Positions 33,673-44,718 of a stretch of DNA of 64,000 nucleotides are shown here, in pieces (position 1 is the stretch's first letter; every line of letters starts with the position of its first letter). Location: positions 1 through 64,000 of the forward strand of contig JBDROZ010000017.1 in assembly GCA_043809585.1 (NCBI GenBank), written 5' to 3'. Made by a program: the position numbers and the translations under genes. The notes under the pieces were generated by a model. The model saw nothing but the letters and a program-made list of their open reading frames with translations, was not told the DNA's origin and searched no databases. This stretch comes from Candidatus Eiseniibacteriota bacterium. Its GTDB lineage: Bacteria > Orphanbacterota > Orphanbacteria > Orphanbacterales > Orphanbacteraceae.

Positions 33673-33710
33673 ACGAAAGACGGCGGGGCCGGCGCCCCGC
33701 CGTTTTTCGT
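33673..33710. terminator. Bidirectional intrinsic terminator
   Basis: ACGAAAGACGGCGGGG / CCCCGCCGTTTTTCGT between the convergent cupredoxin and mscL genes. Confidence 0.75.
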
Positions 33711-33728
33711 GTCATGCGGTCCGTGGCC

Positions 33729-34178
33729 TCAGGCGGAGATCGCCGAGGTGCAGTGGGCGCACTTGGTCGCCTTGATCGGAACCGTCGACAGGCAGTGCGG
33801 GCACTCCTTGGTCGTCGGCGCGGCCGGAGGGGCCGCCTCTTCCTTCTTCATCTTGTTCATGCTCCGGATCACCATGAAGATCGCGAACGCCACGATCAGG
33901 AAATTGATGATCGTGTTGAAGAAGAGACCGTAGTTCAGGGTGACCGCCCCCGCCTCCTGCGCCGCGGTGATGGTCGGGAAGCCCCCCGGGACGGCCCCCT
34001 TGAGGACGAGGAAGAGATTGGAGAAGTCCACGTTGCCGAGGAGCATGCCGATGGGGGGCATGATCACGTCGGCGACGAGAGACTTCACGATCGCCCCGAA
34101 CGCGGTGCCGATGACGATGCCGACGGCCATGTCGATGACATTGCCGCGCATCGCGAACGCTTTGAACTCCTTGAACAA
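33729..34178 (-). CDS. mscL: Large-conductance mechanosensitive channel with C-terminal zinc-ribbon
   Basis: [34 protein letters not shown]; tail CPHC..CAHC; TTG start after AGGAGG. Confidence 0.95.
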   Translation of the reverse strand: MFKEFKAFAMRGNVIDMAVGIVIGTAFGAIVKSLVADVIMPPIGMLLGNVDFSNLFLVLKGAVPGGFPTITAAQEAGAVTLNYGLFFNTIINFLIVAFAIFMVIRSMNKMKKEEAAPPAAPTTKECPHCLSTVPIKATKCAHCTSAISA

Positions 34179-34674
34179 AACCCGCCTCCTTTGCGATGGG
34201 TGTGGCGGGGCGCACGGCACCCCGGAGATATCGTTTCGGAGAGATTGTTCGGTTTCTTGAAGCGATCGTCAAGAACAACGGGCATACCCCCCTTCCATCG
34301 AGCCCCCGGACCCCGTAGGCGCGACGGCGCATTCCCCCCTCCGCGCCCCGAGTCCCGCCGGGTCTTCCCTCTCGACATTCGGGGCCCGAACCGCCTCCTG
34401 ACCGGCGAATCAGGAGGGGCGGCTCCGCTAAGGCCCTTTCGTGAATAGCGATAAGGATTCCGTGTCTCGCGGTGTTTTGCGTCTCATGATTCCCCCGACT
34501 CGGTCGAACCTCATATGGAGAGCGATCCGGCGAAAACGCCGAAGCCGGCGGTCGTGCCATCCGCGGGTGGGCATGGCCGAAGGGGACAGAAACGACGAGG
34601 GGAACGGAACGACGGATCCGCCGCCGGGGTGGGGCGGGGTCCGGGGCGCCGGGATCCCCGGCGGGTGCTATCTC

Positions 34675-37002
34675 ATGAGAATGTGGGTCAACCTACCGAT
34701 TCGACAGAAGCTCCGGCGGATCGTCGGCGTGCCCATGGTGCTCGCGCTTCTCTTGATGTCCGCCGGCGTTCTGCTCTGGGACCGCCGGGACTTTCGAGAG
34801 AAGCAGCGGGGCGAGATCGTCAGCCTGAGCCACATGGTCGCCGCCAACGGGGCCGTGGCCCTGGCCTTCAACGACCCCGCGCTGGCGACCGAGCTGCTCT
34901 CCTCGCTTCGCCACATTCCCAAGGTCGACTACGCCTGCCTGTACGATCGGGACGGAACTCCCTTTGCCCACTACGGACACGAGCCCGGCGACGCGTGTGA
35001 GCTCAGCCCGTGCGAGCCCGGCTCGCCCGTCGTCGAAGCGAAGGGGATGGTGTACGTCTGCGACGTCGGGTGGGACGGCGATGTCGTCGGTACGTTGATG
35101 CTCGAGTTCAGCCTTCACGACCTGTTCGAGCGGACCTCGAAATTCATGGCCCTTCTCGGGACGACGCTCCTCTTCGTCACCGTCGCGGCGCTCCTTTTGG
35201 GAGAATGGCTGCAGGGGGGGATCTGCCGCCCTGTCAAGCGGCTCGCGGATGCGGCGGAGGCGGTGAAGGACGACCCCGACTGCCGCCGCCGGGTTCCCGT
35301 CGAGGGGAGCGACGAAGTCGGCCGCTTGACATGGGTCTTCAACGAGATGCTCGAGACGATCGAAGCGCGGGACCAGGCCCTCCAGGCGGCGAAAGAGGAG
35401 GCGGACCGGGCGAACGACGCCAAGGGGGACTTTCTGGCCAACATGAGCCACGAGATCCGGACGCCCATGAACGGCGTGATCGGCATGACGGAAATCCTCC
35501 GCGCAACGGAGCTGACCGCCGAGCAATTGGATTGCGTGCGGACCATCGGCAAGTCCGGGCGGAACCTGCTCTGCATTCTGAACGATATCCTCGACTACTC
35601 GAAGATCGAGGCCAAGAAGCTGACTCTCGAGAGCGTCCGGTTCGACTTCGACATGATGGTCGAGGCAGTCGCCCTGCAGGTGGCGTCCGCGAGGGGATCC
35701 AAACCGGTCGAACTGATCGAGCAGATCGGCGAGAAAATTCCCCCCCTGGTGGTGGGGGACGAGATCCGGGTCACCCAGATCCTCACGAACCTCGTCGGGA
35801 ACGCGATGAAGTTCACCTCCGAGGGATTCGTTCGAATCACGGCCGACGCCGAGGAGGACGACGGCCGCACGGTGTGGATCCGGTTCCGCATCGAGGACAC
35901 GGGAATCGGTATCTCGGAGGATAAGCGGGCGAAGATCTTCGAGAAATTCACCCAGGCGGACGATTCGACGACGCGGAGGTTCGGCGGCACCGGTCTCGGG
36001 CTCACCATCTCCCGGGCCCTCGTCGAGATGATGGGGGGTGAAATCGGCGTCGAATCGAGGAGAGGGGGGGGGACGGTCTTCTGGTTCCGAATCCCCCTTT
36101 CCCGGGCGGAGAATGACGAAATGGAGCCCGGGACGGGAACCACGGACCGGGATGTGCTCGTGGTGGGAGGACTCCCCGAGTCGGCGGCCGGCCTCCGGAG
36201 CCGGATCGCGAGGCTGGGCGGCTCCTCCCGATCCTGCGGCACCGCCGAGGAGGCGCTCGCGATGTTGGAGGGCCCGGCAGAGGAGATCCCGAATCCCGGC
36301 GCGGTCCTGGTCGACGAGGATGTCTTCTCCCGATTCGGCGACGATCTCTTCGGCCGGTTTCGGAGCGCGTGCGAAAGCCGGGGGTGCCTGTTCGGCGTCC
36401 TGACCTCGATCGATGTCTCCTCTTCCTCCCGTTTCGGCCAGGCATTCGCCGGCGCCCTCTGTTTGATGAAGCCGGTCCGCCGGTCCCGGCTCCGGGAGGT
36501 GCTGCGGAGGGCGGGCTCCGGCGCGGGGGGGACGGGGGGGGCGACGTCGCTGGAAGATTCCGGAACCGGGGAAGGCGCCGGAGTTCTCGTGAGCGGCGGG
36601 GACGGAGGTCCGCTCCGCGTGCTGGTCGCCGAAGACAATCGGGTGAATCAGAAGGTGGCCCGGCGCTTCCTCGAGAAGCTCGGCTGCGACGTCAAGATCG
36701 TCGAAGACGGCGAGGAAGCGGTGGAGGCCGCGCTCGCGGGGGGGCACGACTTGGTGCTGATGGACTGCCAGATGCCCCGGATGGACGGTTACGAGGCCGC
36801 GAGGCGAATTCGCGGGGAAGAGCTGGGGGCGCCGATTCCGATCATCGCTCTGACCGCCGACGCCATGCCGGGGGTCCGAGATCGCTGTTTGAAGGCTGGC
36901 ATGGACGACTACCTCACCAAGCCGTTCAAGCTCGCCGAACTCGGGCAGATTCTCGACCGGTGGGCGGCGATGATTCCCTCCCGATCCGACTCTACTCCGT
37001 AA
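34675..37002 (+). CDS. Hybrid sensor kinase (2TM periplasmic sensor-HAMP-HisKA-HATPase-degenerate REC-REC)
   Basis: [61 protein letters not shown]. Confidence 0.92.
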   Translation: MRMWVNLPIRQKLRRIVGVPMVLALLLMSAGVLLWDRRDFREKQRGEIVSLSHMVAANGAVALAFNDPALATELLSSLRHIPKVDYACLYDRDGTPFAHYGHEPGDACELSPCEPGSPVVEAKGMVYVCDVGWDGDVVGTLMLEFSLHDLFERTSKFMALLGTTLLFVTVAALLLGEWLQGGICRPVKRLADAAEAVKDDPDCRRRVPVEGSDEVGRLTWVFNEMLETIEARDQALQAAKEEADRANDAKGDFLANMSHEIRTPMNGVIGMTEILRATELTAEQLDCVRTIGKSGRNLLCILNDILDYSKIEAKKLTLESVRFDFDMMVEAVALQVASARGSKPVELIEQIGEKIPPLVVGDEIRVTQILTNLVGNAMKFTSEGFVRITADAEEDDGRTVWIRFRIEDTGIGISEDKRAKIFEKFTQADDSTTRRFGGTGLGLTISRALVEMMGGEIGVESRRGGGTVFWFRIPLSRAENDEMEPGTGTTDRDVLVVGGLPESAAGLRSRIARLGGSSRSCGTAEEALAMLEGPAEEIPNPGAVLVDEDVFSRFGDDLFGRFRSACESRGCLFGVLTSIDVSSSSRFGQAFAGALCLMKPVRRSRLREVLRRAGSGAGGTGGATSLEDSGTGEGAGVLVSGGDGGPLRVLVAEDNRVNQKVARRFLEKLGCDVKIVEDGEEAVEAALAGGHDLVLMDCQMPRMDGYEAARRIRGEELGAPIPIIALTADAMPGVRDRCLKAGMDDYLTKPFKLAELGQILDRWAAMIPSRSDSTP

Positions 37003-40000
37003 GGGCCGCCCGCCTTCTTCTCCACCGAAAGATCCGGCCGATCGCGACTCCCCAAGACGCCAATCTTCCGAAGAAATCCTCGGACAGGGTCGCGGTCGTG
37101 GGAAGGAGAACCGATGTCAGGAACGTCGAGACGAGCAGCCCCCCCATGATCACCAGGGCCATGGAGTAGTAATAGACGCCGGCAAGGGCCGGCCTCTGCA
37201 CCACGATCGGGACGAGCCCGACGAGGGTGGTGATGGCCGTCATCATGATAGGCCGGAGCCGCTCCCGCCCCCCCCGGAGCATCGCCTCCTGCCGGTTCAT
37301 GCCCTTCCGGCGGTACTGGTTGATGTGCTCGAGCATGACGATGCCGTTGTTCACCACCACGCCGATGAGGAGCAGAAGTCCGATCGCCGCCGGCTGGTCG
37401 AAGTCCGTCTTCGTGAGGTAGAGGGTCCAGACGGCGCCGACGAGGGCGAACGGGAGGGCGACCATGAGTCCGATCGCCTGTCGCACCGACTCGAAGACGC
37501 CCGCCATGACGGCGAAGACGAGCATGAGCGCCAGACCGAGATTGACGAGGAACTCCCGTGACTGCTCCCGCCGGCGCTCTTCCCAATCCCGGAAGGTGTA
37601 CTCGTACCCGTAGGGCCAGGCCATCTGGTCGAGAGAGGCCGTCACCCGAGGGAGGTAGTCGCCGATCACCCCTTCGTCGTAACGGGCACCGACCCAAACG
37701 CCCGTGATCCGGTTGTCCCGGTTGATGCGCTCCGGCCCGGGGGCCGCGTTGAAGTTCGCGAGCGAGGCGAGGGGGATCTTCTCGCCGTCCTCCGTCCACA
37801 GGGGGAGGTTCCGGAGCTGGGAGAGGCTCTCCTTCTCTTTCTCGTCGAGGGTGAGCCGCATCTCCCTCTCGCCGTCGGGGGTCCGGAACCGCGCGAGGCG
37901 GCGCCCCCGGTAGGTGAGGGAGATCACTTCCGCCGGCTGCCCGAGGGGGATGCCGTACCGGGAGGCAAGCTCCCGGTCCAGATCGACCGAGAGCTGGAGC
38001 CCGCCCGATTGGGTGCTGCTCCACGCGTCGAAGAGCCCCTCGATTTCTCCGAGGCGCCCCTTTGCCTCCTCGGCGAGGCGGGCGAGCACGCCCGTGTCCT
38101 CGCCGATGATCTGGAAACCGACCCGCTTGCTCCCCCCGTGGCGCCACATGGGGCCCTCTTCCATCACCTCGAGCTTCAGCCCCGGGATCTCGGGGAGGAG
38201 CTCGCGAAGCCGGCGCCTCGTCTCGGCCATCGCCTTCTCGTTCGCGCGCCCCTCCTCCATGTAGATCCGGGTCAGCGACCACCGCTCGCTCCAAAACGAG
38301 TAGATCGCCCGGGCGTGGAGCTCCTCCCGGTGGGGGACGAGCTCCGCCTCCACCCGGCCGACCACCCGCTCCTTCCGGTCCAGGTTCAGCTCCTCGCTGA
38401 ACTCGTAGTTCACCTGCACGAACGCCTCGGACCGGCTCGTGTCGAAGTTCTTGTCGACGCGGAGGAAGGGATAGATCGCCGAGGCGATCGCCGCGAGGCC
38501 GATGAGCGGCGTCAGCCAGCGGTGGCGGAGGTTGAACCGGAGGAGCCCCACGTAGCGATCCTCGAACCCCCGCATGAGACGGCCCGTCCGTCGCGGCCGC
38601 GCGTGGATGAATCGGGACGTGGCGAGGGGGATCAAGGTCTGGCTGATGAAGAGGGAAGCGAGAAGGGTCAGGCAGACCGTGATGCCCAGTTCCCGGAGGT
38701 AGATGTTCATCTCGCTCGGCTTGTTGAAGATGATCGGAAGAAAGACGATCACCGACGTGAGCGTCGCCGCCACCACCGCCGTGGAGACTTCTCTCGACCC
38801 GACGAGGGCCGCCTCCTTCCGCTCCAGCCCCTCCTGCTGGTGGCGGAAGATGTTCTCCATCACCACCACGGCGTTGTCCACGAGCATGCCGATTCCGACG
38901 ATGAGGCCGAGAAGGGTGAGCGTGTTCAGGCTTCTCCCCTGGGCCCAGATGACGCCGCACGCCACGATGAGGGAGAAGGGGATGCAGAGGACGGAGACGA
39001 CGGTCATGCTGAAGCGCCGGAGGAAACCGAAGAGAACGACGCTCGCGAGGATCGCTCCGAAGACGCCGGTGAAGGAGAGGTCCCGGAGGGTTTTCCGGAT
39101 CTCCTCCCCCATGTTGAACCAGATGAGGAAGTTCACGCCCTCCAGCTCGGGGTCGTCCCCCATCGCCTCGACGCGCCGCTGCACCTCGTCGCAGATCGGC
39201 ACCGCGTTGGCCCCCGCTTCCTTGTTCAGGGTGAGACCGATCGCGAAGTCGCCGTCGAGGTGGCGCCCGTACTCGAGGGGCGGTTCCTCGTAGACCACGT
39301 CCGCCAAGTCGGCGAGGCGAAGCCCGTCGGAGCGGAGCGGAAGATCCCGGATCTCGTCGAGGGTGGCGTAGGTGCCGACGGTGCGCACCGTGTAGACCGT
39401 GCCCGCCTCCTTCACCTTACCGAGGCTCTGGTCGAAGTTCGAGCCCCGGAGCGCCTGGAGGACCTGCCGGACGTCGATCCCGTGGGCCTCGAGCGCGGCG
39501 ACGCGGAGATTGATGCGGACCTCCTTCGGATTCACCCCGTCGAGGCGCACCTGGGCGACGCCGGGGATGCGTTCGAGGGGCTTCACGATCTTCCGGTCGA
39601 GGAGCTCGTAGCTTTCCGATAGGTCCCGCCTCGACGAGAGGCGCCCTTCGAGGATCGGCTCGTCCGCTTCCCGGGCGTCCCAGTTGCCGCTGATGAAGAC
39701 TTCCGTCACGTCGTCCGGGAGCTCCCGCCGCACCCGGTCGACTTTCTCCCGGACCTCGACGCGGGCGAGGCTCATCTCATGGCCCCACTCGAAGTTGAGC
39801 CGGACCCGTCCGCCGTCGGCGTCGCACATGGCCCACATGTCCTTGAGCCCTTTCACGGAGCCGAGGGTCTCCTCGAGTGGCCTCACGATGAGCCGCTCCA
39901 CCTGCTCCGGCGTCGAGTTCGGGTAAGGCACGTAGACGAAGAGCTCCGGTTCCTCCGTGTCGGGAAGGAAGCCAAGAGGGAGGCGGAAGAGGGCGACGGT

Positions 40001-40075
40001 GCCGAGAACCACGATGCTCACCAGGATCATGAGGGTCGTGATGGGACGCCTGATCGCCAGTTCCGGCAGGGTCAT
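36992..40075 (-). CDS. RND efflux permease (AcrB/AcrD/AcrF family)
   Basis: [39 protein letters not shown] 40075 overlaps the upstream stop. Confidence 0.93.
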   Translation of the reverse strand: MTLPELAIRRPITTLMILVSIVVLGTVALFRLPLGFLPDTEEPELFVYVPYPNSTPEQVERLIVRPLEETLGSVKGLKDMWAMCDADGGRVRLNFEWGHEMSLARVEVREKVDRVRRELPDDVTEVFISGNWDAREADEPILEGRLSSRRDLSESYELLDRKIVKPLERIPGVAQVRLDGVNPKEVRINLRVAALEAHGIDVRQVLQALRGSNFDQSLGKVKEAGTVYTVRTVGTYATLDEIRDLPLRSDGLRLADLADVVYEEPPLEYGRHLDGDFAIGLTLNKEAGANAVPICDEVQRRVEAMGDDPELEGVNFLIWFNMGEEIRKTLRDLSFTGVFGAILASVVLFGFLRRFSMTVVSVLCIPFSLIVACGVIWAQGRSLNTLTLLGLIVGIGMLVDNAVVVMENIFRHQQEGLERKEAALVGSREVSTAVVAATLTSVIVFLPIIFNKPSEMNIYLRELGITVCLTLLASLFISQTLIPLATSRFIHARPRRTGRLMRGFEDRYVGLLRFNLRHRWLTPLIGLAAIASAIYPFLRVDKNFDTSRSEAFVQVNYEFSEELNLDRKERVVGRVEAELVPHREELHARAIYSFWSERWSLTRIYMEEGRANEKAMAETRRRLRELLPEIPGLKLEVMEEGPMWRHGGSKRVGFQIIGEDTGVLARLAEEAKGRLGEIEGLFDAWSSTQSGGLQLSVDLDRELASRYGIPLGQPAEVISLTYRGRRLARFRTPDGEREMRLTLDEKEKESLSQLRNLPLWTEDGEKIPLASLANFNAAPGPERINRDNRITGVWVGARYDEGVIGDYLPRVTASLDQMAWPYGYEYTFRDWEERRREQSREFLVNLGLALMLVFAVMAGVFESVRQAIGLMVALPFALVGAVWTLYLTKTDFDQPAAIGLLLLIGVVVNNGIVMLEHINQYRRKGMNRQEAMLRGGRERLRPIMMTAITTLVGLVPIVVQRPALAGVYYYSMALVIMGGLLVSTFLTSVLLPTTATLSEDFFGRLASWGVAIGRIFRWRRRRAALTE

Positions 40076-43000
40076 GGCGTCGCTCCCTCGGGGGCGGTTC
40101 CGGCGCGGGGGGCGAAGTCGGTCTCCTCCTCTTCGGCCCGCAGGCGGCTCGGCACGATCATGTAGATCGCGGGGATCACCACGAGGGTGAGCATCGTGCT
40201 GAGAAGCAGACCGAAGCTGACGGTGATGGCCAGGGGCGACCGGAGCTCGGCGCCTTCCCCGAGGGCGAGGGCCATCGGGAGGAGGCCGAGGACCGTGGTG
40301 AGCGTGGTCATGAGAATGGGGCGGAGCCGGACCCGGCACGCCCGGACGACGGCCTCCTCCTTCTCCACGCCCGACCGGCGGAGCCGGTTCACCTTGTCGA
40401 TGAGCACGATCGAGTTGTTCACCACGATGCCGGCGAGCATGACCACGCCGATCAGGACGATCACGCTGATCTCCGTCCCCGTCACGAAAAGGCCGAGCAC
40501 GACGCCGACGAGGGCGAGGGGAATCGAGAAGAGCACGATGAACGGGTGAACGAGGGACTCGAAGGTGGCCGCCATGACGAGGTAGACCAGGAAGACGGCG
40601 AGGGCGAGGGCGAAGCGGAGGCTCGCGAAGGAGACCTCCATTTCCTCGTTCTGGCCGCCGAGCTCGACGGACACGCCCGCCGGGGGCGGGGTCCTCCGCA
40701 CCGCCTCCCCGATGTCCCGGACCACGGCGCCGAGACTCCGGTCGTGAAGATTGCCCGAGATGACCGCCGCCCGCTGTTGCTGGATTCTGTGGATCTCGGC
40801 CGGGCCCCGGTCGAGGCGGACGTCGGCGACCGTGAGCAGCCGGATCGGACTCCCGTCCGGTCCGGGAATGACGAGATTCTTCACGTCATCCGCCGTCGCC
40901 CGGTCGAGCTCCCGGTTCCGCACCCGGATGTCGATCTGCCGGTCCTCTTCCTTGAAGCGGGTCGGCACGGCCCCCTGGATCCGGTCCCGGAGCGTTTCGG
41001 AGAGGACCCGCATGTCGAGGCCGAGGGAGGCGAGCCGCGGGCGGTCGAAGCGGATCCGCAGCTCCGGGCTCCCCTCCTCGAGGGAGGAACGGATATCGAC
41101 GAGGCCCCGGACGTCCCGGAACTCCCGCTCGAGATCGAGGGAGTAGTCCCGGAGGAGGTCGAGGTTCTCGCCGAAGAGGACCACCTCGACGGGGGTTTTC
41201 AAACTGAAGTAGGTCGGCCGGCCCTGTTTCGCGACAAGGTCGGGGATCGCCTCGAACCGCCGCCGGAGCCGCTCGGCGACGATCGCCTCGCCTGTCTCGT
41301 CGGCCCGGTCTTTCATGACCACGTTCAGCTGGCCGTAGTGCTCCGCCTTCGTGTTGAACGACATTCCCCCCGAGACGAGCCGGCTTCCGACCGCCGTGTA
41401 ATAGCGGTCCACGCCGTGCTCTTCGCCCGCGAAGGCCTCCATGGATTTGAGGACCCGGTCCGTGGCCGCGATCGGCGTCCCTTCAGGCATGCTCGCCTCG
41501 AAGAAGAACTCGCCCTCGTTGATCTCCGGAATCAGCTCCGTGTCGATCAGCGGCAGTGCGAGGAGACTGGCGCCGAACGAGAGAAACGCGACGGCGACGG
41601 TCAGCACCCGCCGCCGGAGGGCGTGGGCGAGAAACCGGTCGTAGAGCGCGGAGAAGCGGCCGAGGCTGAGTTCGTCTTCCTTGGTCGATCTCGGCGCCCC
41701 CCGGGACGATTCCCGGCTTCCCAGGGCGGCGAGCATCGGAATGAGGGTGATGGCCACGAGAAGGGAGGCGAGGAGGCTGAGGGTCACCGTCGCCGCCATG
41801 TCGCCGAAGAGCTGCCCCGCGATCCCCTCGACGAAGACGATCGGGAGGAAGACGGCCACCGTGGTGAGGGTCGATGCCGTCACCGCGCCCCCGACCTCGG
41901 CCGCGCCCTCGATCGCCGCGGCGGCGGGACCGAGTCCCTCCTGGCGCCGCCGGAAGATCGATTCGAGGACGACGATCGAGTTGTCCACGAGCATGCCGAT
42001 GCCGAGGGTGAGGCCGCCGAGGGACATGATGTTGAGTGAGACGTCGAGGCGGTACATGGCCACGAAGGCGGCGAGCACCGAGAGGGGGATCGACGTGGCG
42101 ATGATCGCGGTGCTCCTCCAGTGGCGGAGGAACGCGAAGAGCACCGCCACCGCGAGCAGCCCGCCGATGACGGCGGAGCCCCGCACCTCGTTCACCGCCC
42201 GCTCGATGAACCGGGACTGGTCGAAGAGCACGGCGAGTTCCCATCCCTCGGGGAGCGTCTCCCGGAGTTCGGTCATCCGCTCCTTCACGGCCCGCGCCGT
42301 GGTGACGATGTTCGCGTCCCCTTCTTTATAGATGGAGATCTCGACACTCTCGGCGCCGTTCACCCGGGTGATCTCCTCCCGATCCTTCGCCCCCCGGCGC
42401 ACCTCCGCCACGTCCCGGAGACGGACGGCCGCGTCTCCCTGCCACGCCACGATCAGGCCGGCGATCTCCTCGACCGAGCCGTATTCGTTCACGGTGCGGA
42501 TGAGGTACTGGCTCTCCTCATCCTGAAGGGATCCGCCGGGGATGTTCACGTTCGACACGCCGACCACCTGACGCACCCGGTCGAGGCCGATACCGAGGGC
42601 GGCGAGTTTCTCCTGGTCCACATTGACCTGGATCTCCTCCTCCAGGCCCCCCTTCACCGTCGCCGCGGCCACGCCCGGGATCGTCTCGATCGCCTGCTTC
42701 AGCTTCCGGTCCGCCACGCGCCGCGTCTCGGTCAGGTCCCCCTCGCCGCCGAGGGCGAGGCGCATGATCGGGTCGAGGGAGGGATCGAACCGGAGCACGA
42801 TCGGGTCCTCCGCCTCATCGGGAAGAATGAGCCTGTCGAGCTTCTCCCGGACGTCCATGGAGAGGAGGTCCATGTCCGAGCCCCAGTCGAACTCGAGGGT
42901 CACCTCCGATGCGCCGGGCCGGGAGATCGAGTGGACCGTGCGGAGGCCCCGGAGCACCCCGACGGTCTCCTCGATGGGGCGGGTGATCAGGTTCTCCACC

Positions 43001-43176
43001 TCCGCCGGCGCGGTGTCCGGGAAGTCGGTCTGGACCGGGAGGGAGGGGTAGCTGATGTCGGGCAGGAGATCGAGGGTGAGTCGCTGGTAGCCCACGAACC
43101 CGAAGGCGGCCACGGCGATGGCGAACATGAACACCGCCACGCGGCGGCGAACGGCCAGGGCGACCAGAGGGCGCAT
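40072..43176 (-). CDS. RND efflux permease (AcrB/AcrD/AcrF family)
   Basis: GMLVDNSIVVLESI, GIVVNNSI, RLRPILMT. Confidence 0.93.
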   Translation of the reverse strand: MRPLVALAVRRRVAVFMFAIAVAAFGFVGYQRLTLDLLPDISYPSLPVQTDFPDTAPAEVENLITRPIEETVGVLRGLRTVHSISRPGASEVTLEFDWGSDMDLLSMDVREKLDRLILPDEAEDPIVLRFDPSLDPIMRLALGGEGDLTETRRVADRKLKQAIETIPGVAAATVKGGLEEEIQVNVDQEKLAALGIGLDRVRQVVGVSNVNIPGGSLQDEESQYLIRTVNEYGSVEEIAGLIVAWQGDAAVRLRDVAEVRRGAKDREEITRVNGAESVEISIYKEGDANIVTTARAVKERMTELRETLPEGWELAVLFDQSRFIERAVNEVRGSAVIGGLLAVAVLFAFLRHWRSTAIIATSIPLSVLAAFVAMYRLDVSLNIMSLGGLTLGIGMLVDNSIVVLESIFRRRQEGLGPAAAAIEGAAEVGGAVTASTLTTVAVFLPIVFVEGIAGQLFGDMAATVTLSLLASLLVAITLIPMLAALGSRESSRGAPRSTKEDELSLGRFSALYDRFLAHALRRRVLTVAVAFLSFGASLLALPLIDTELIPEINEGEFFFEASMPEGTPIAATDRVLKSMEAFAGEEHGVDRYYTAVGSRLVSGGMSFNTKAEHYGQLNVVMKDRADETGEAIVAERLRRRFEAIPDLVAKQGRPTYFSLKTPVEVVLFGENLDLLRDYSLDLEREFRDVRGLVDIRSSLEEGSPELRIRFDRPRLASLGLDMRVLSETLRDRIQGAVPTRFKEEDRQIDIRVRNRELDRATADDVKNLVIPGPDGSPIRLLTVADVRLDRGPAEIHRIQQQRAAVISGNLHDRSLGAVVRDIGEAVRRTPPPAGVSVELGGQNEEMEVSFASLRFALALAVFLVYLVMAATFESLVHPFIVLFSIPLALVGVVLGLFVTGTEISVIVLIGVVMLAGIVVNNSIVLIDKVNRLRRSGVEKEEAVVRACRVRLRPILMTTLTTVLGLLPMALALGEGAELRSPLAITVSFGLLLSTMLTLVVIPAIYMIVPSRLRAEEEETDFAPRAGTAPEGATP

Positions 43177-44315
43177 CAGGGCTTGTCCGACGGTTCGAAG
43201 GAGAGGGGGTCGAGGATCTTGATGTTCTGGCCGTCCCGGAGGGAGCGCTGTCCCTGGACGACCACGGGCTCGCCCCCCTCGATGCCGGAGAGGATCTCGG
43301 CGTTCACGTCGTCCTGGAAGCCGACGCTGACGATGCGCCGCTCCGCGACGCTGTCGGCGGCCACGAAGACGACCTGCTCGTTCCGGTCGGAGACGACGGC
43401 GGACTTCGGTACGAGCACCGCGTCCTCACGGATGTCCGTCACGATGTGCACTTCCGCGAAGTCGCCGGGCCGGATGTTGTCCGGGTAGTCGGTGATCTCC
43501 ACGGTCACCTTGATGGTGCCGCTGTTCGGGTCGATGATCGGGCTCACCAGGATGATGCGTCCCGAGAGGGCTTTTTCGGAAGTGTCGACCGTGAGCTTCA
43601 CGGTCTGGTCGGTCTTGATGTTGCGGAACTCCTTGGCGGGCACGTGGACCCGGGCGAGGAGGCGGTCGACGTCGGCGATCGAGAAGAGGGGCGTTCCGTC
43701 GCTGACCATCACGCCGGGGTCGACGTGGCGCCGGGTGATCCGCCCCGCGAAGGGGGCCCGCACCCGGGTGTACGAAAGCTCGAGCGCCGCGAGCTCCTCG
43801 GTCGCCACCGCCGACTGGAGATCGGCGCGGGACGCCTCGAACTCGTCGGCGGAGATGAACTCCTCCCGGAACATGTTCTGGAGCCGGTCGAAGCGCGCCC
43901 GTTCCTTCGCCGCCGCCGCGTTCGCCTGGCTTTGACGGTGCCTGTATTCGGCGTCATCGATGCGGAGCAGGGCCGCCCCCTTCGCCACCCGGTCCCCCTC
44001 CTCGCAGAGGAGCTCGAGAACTACGCCCGAGACGCGGGCGAGCACCTCCGCTTCCTTGTTCGGGTCGAGGGTGGCGTTGGCCGTGTAGTAGCTCCCGATG
44101 GTTCCCCGCCCGGCCGGCCGGGTGGCGACGGTAACGGCCGCCGTTCCCGGACGGCCTCCGTTCCCCCGTCCCCCGGGGGTCGCTTCGCCCCCGGCCCGAG
44201 CCTCGTCCCCCTTGCCGCACCCGGGGGCGAAGAGGAGGAGGGAGACCGCGGAAGCGGCGAAGACCCGGCGACGGGCCGCCCGGAGACGCTCTCGAGCACT
44301 GTCGGAACTGGTCAT
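43176..44315 (-). CDS. RND membrane fusion (periplasmic adaptor) protein
   Basis: ARVSG, EEGDRV.KG, VRAPFAG, VLVPKSAV; lipobox-like APGC. Confidence 0.92.
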   Translation of the reverse strand: MTSSDSARERLRAARRRVFAASAVSLLLFAPGCGKGDEARAGGEATPGGRGNGGRPGTAAVTVATRPAGRGTIGSYYTANATLDPNKEAEVLARVSGVVLELLCEEGDRVAKGAALLRIDDAEYRHRQSQANAAAAKERARFDRLQNMFREEFISADEFEASRADLQSAVATEELAALELSYTRVRAPFAGRITRRHVDPGVMVSDGTPLFSIADVDRLLARVHVPAKEFRNIKTDQTVKLTVDTSEKALSGRIILVSPIIDPNSGTIKVTVEITDYPDNIRPGDFAEVHIVTDIREDAVLVPKSAVVSDRNEQVVFVAADSVAERRIVSVGFQDDVNAEILSGIEGGEPVVVQGQRSLRDGQNIKILDPLSFEPSDKP

Positions 44316-44343
44316 CTTCCTATAACCCTTTTCATGATACGGA

Positions 44344-44359
44344 TTTACATGTATGCAAA
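44344..44359. promoter_or_regulatory. Candidate operator upstream of the RND operon
   Basis: AT-rich imperfect palindrome TTTACAT-GT-ATGCAAA about 30 nt before the adaptor start. Confidence 0.3.
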
Positions 44360-44718
44360 CCCCGGGGGACAACGATCGGAAGGCCCGGACGCTACGGGCT
44401 GAATATATGCAATATTAGCACGATCTCCGACGGGAAATCCCCCTCTCGCTCTTCTCCGCGTGAGCCGCCGGGGCGTGACGGGGGAAAGGAAAAGGGGCGG
44501 ACCTCGGCCAGTGAGCCGTTCGGCGCGAGGGCGCCCCGTGCACGAAAGTGAACGGCCGGACACGGGTGGATCGTCCCTCCTCCTGGTCCGCCCCACGGAA
44601 GAGCGGGGCGCGGAGGACGCCGCCCTCGGGGGGAGCGATCGGCGTTCTCGTGCATTAGGACGGCGCGAGTGGGCGCTTTGTCGAAGAAAAAGGGGCTATT
44701 CCTACCGGAACATCCAGG

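Noticed and set aside
44440-44640. Nested stems in the RND/beta-helix intergenic region (GGGGCGGACC/GGTCCGCCCC, CAC-GAAA-GTG)
   Set aside because: Single copy, no covariation evidence, and such stems are expected by chance at this GC content; similarity to the rod element is too weak.
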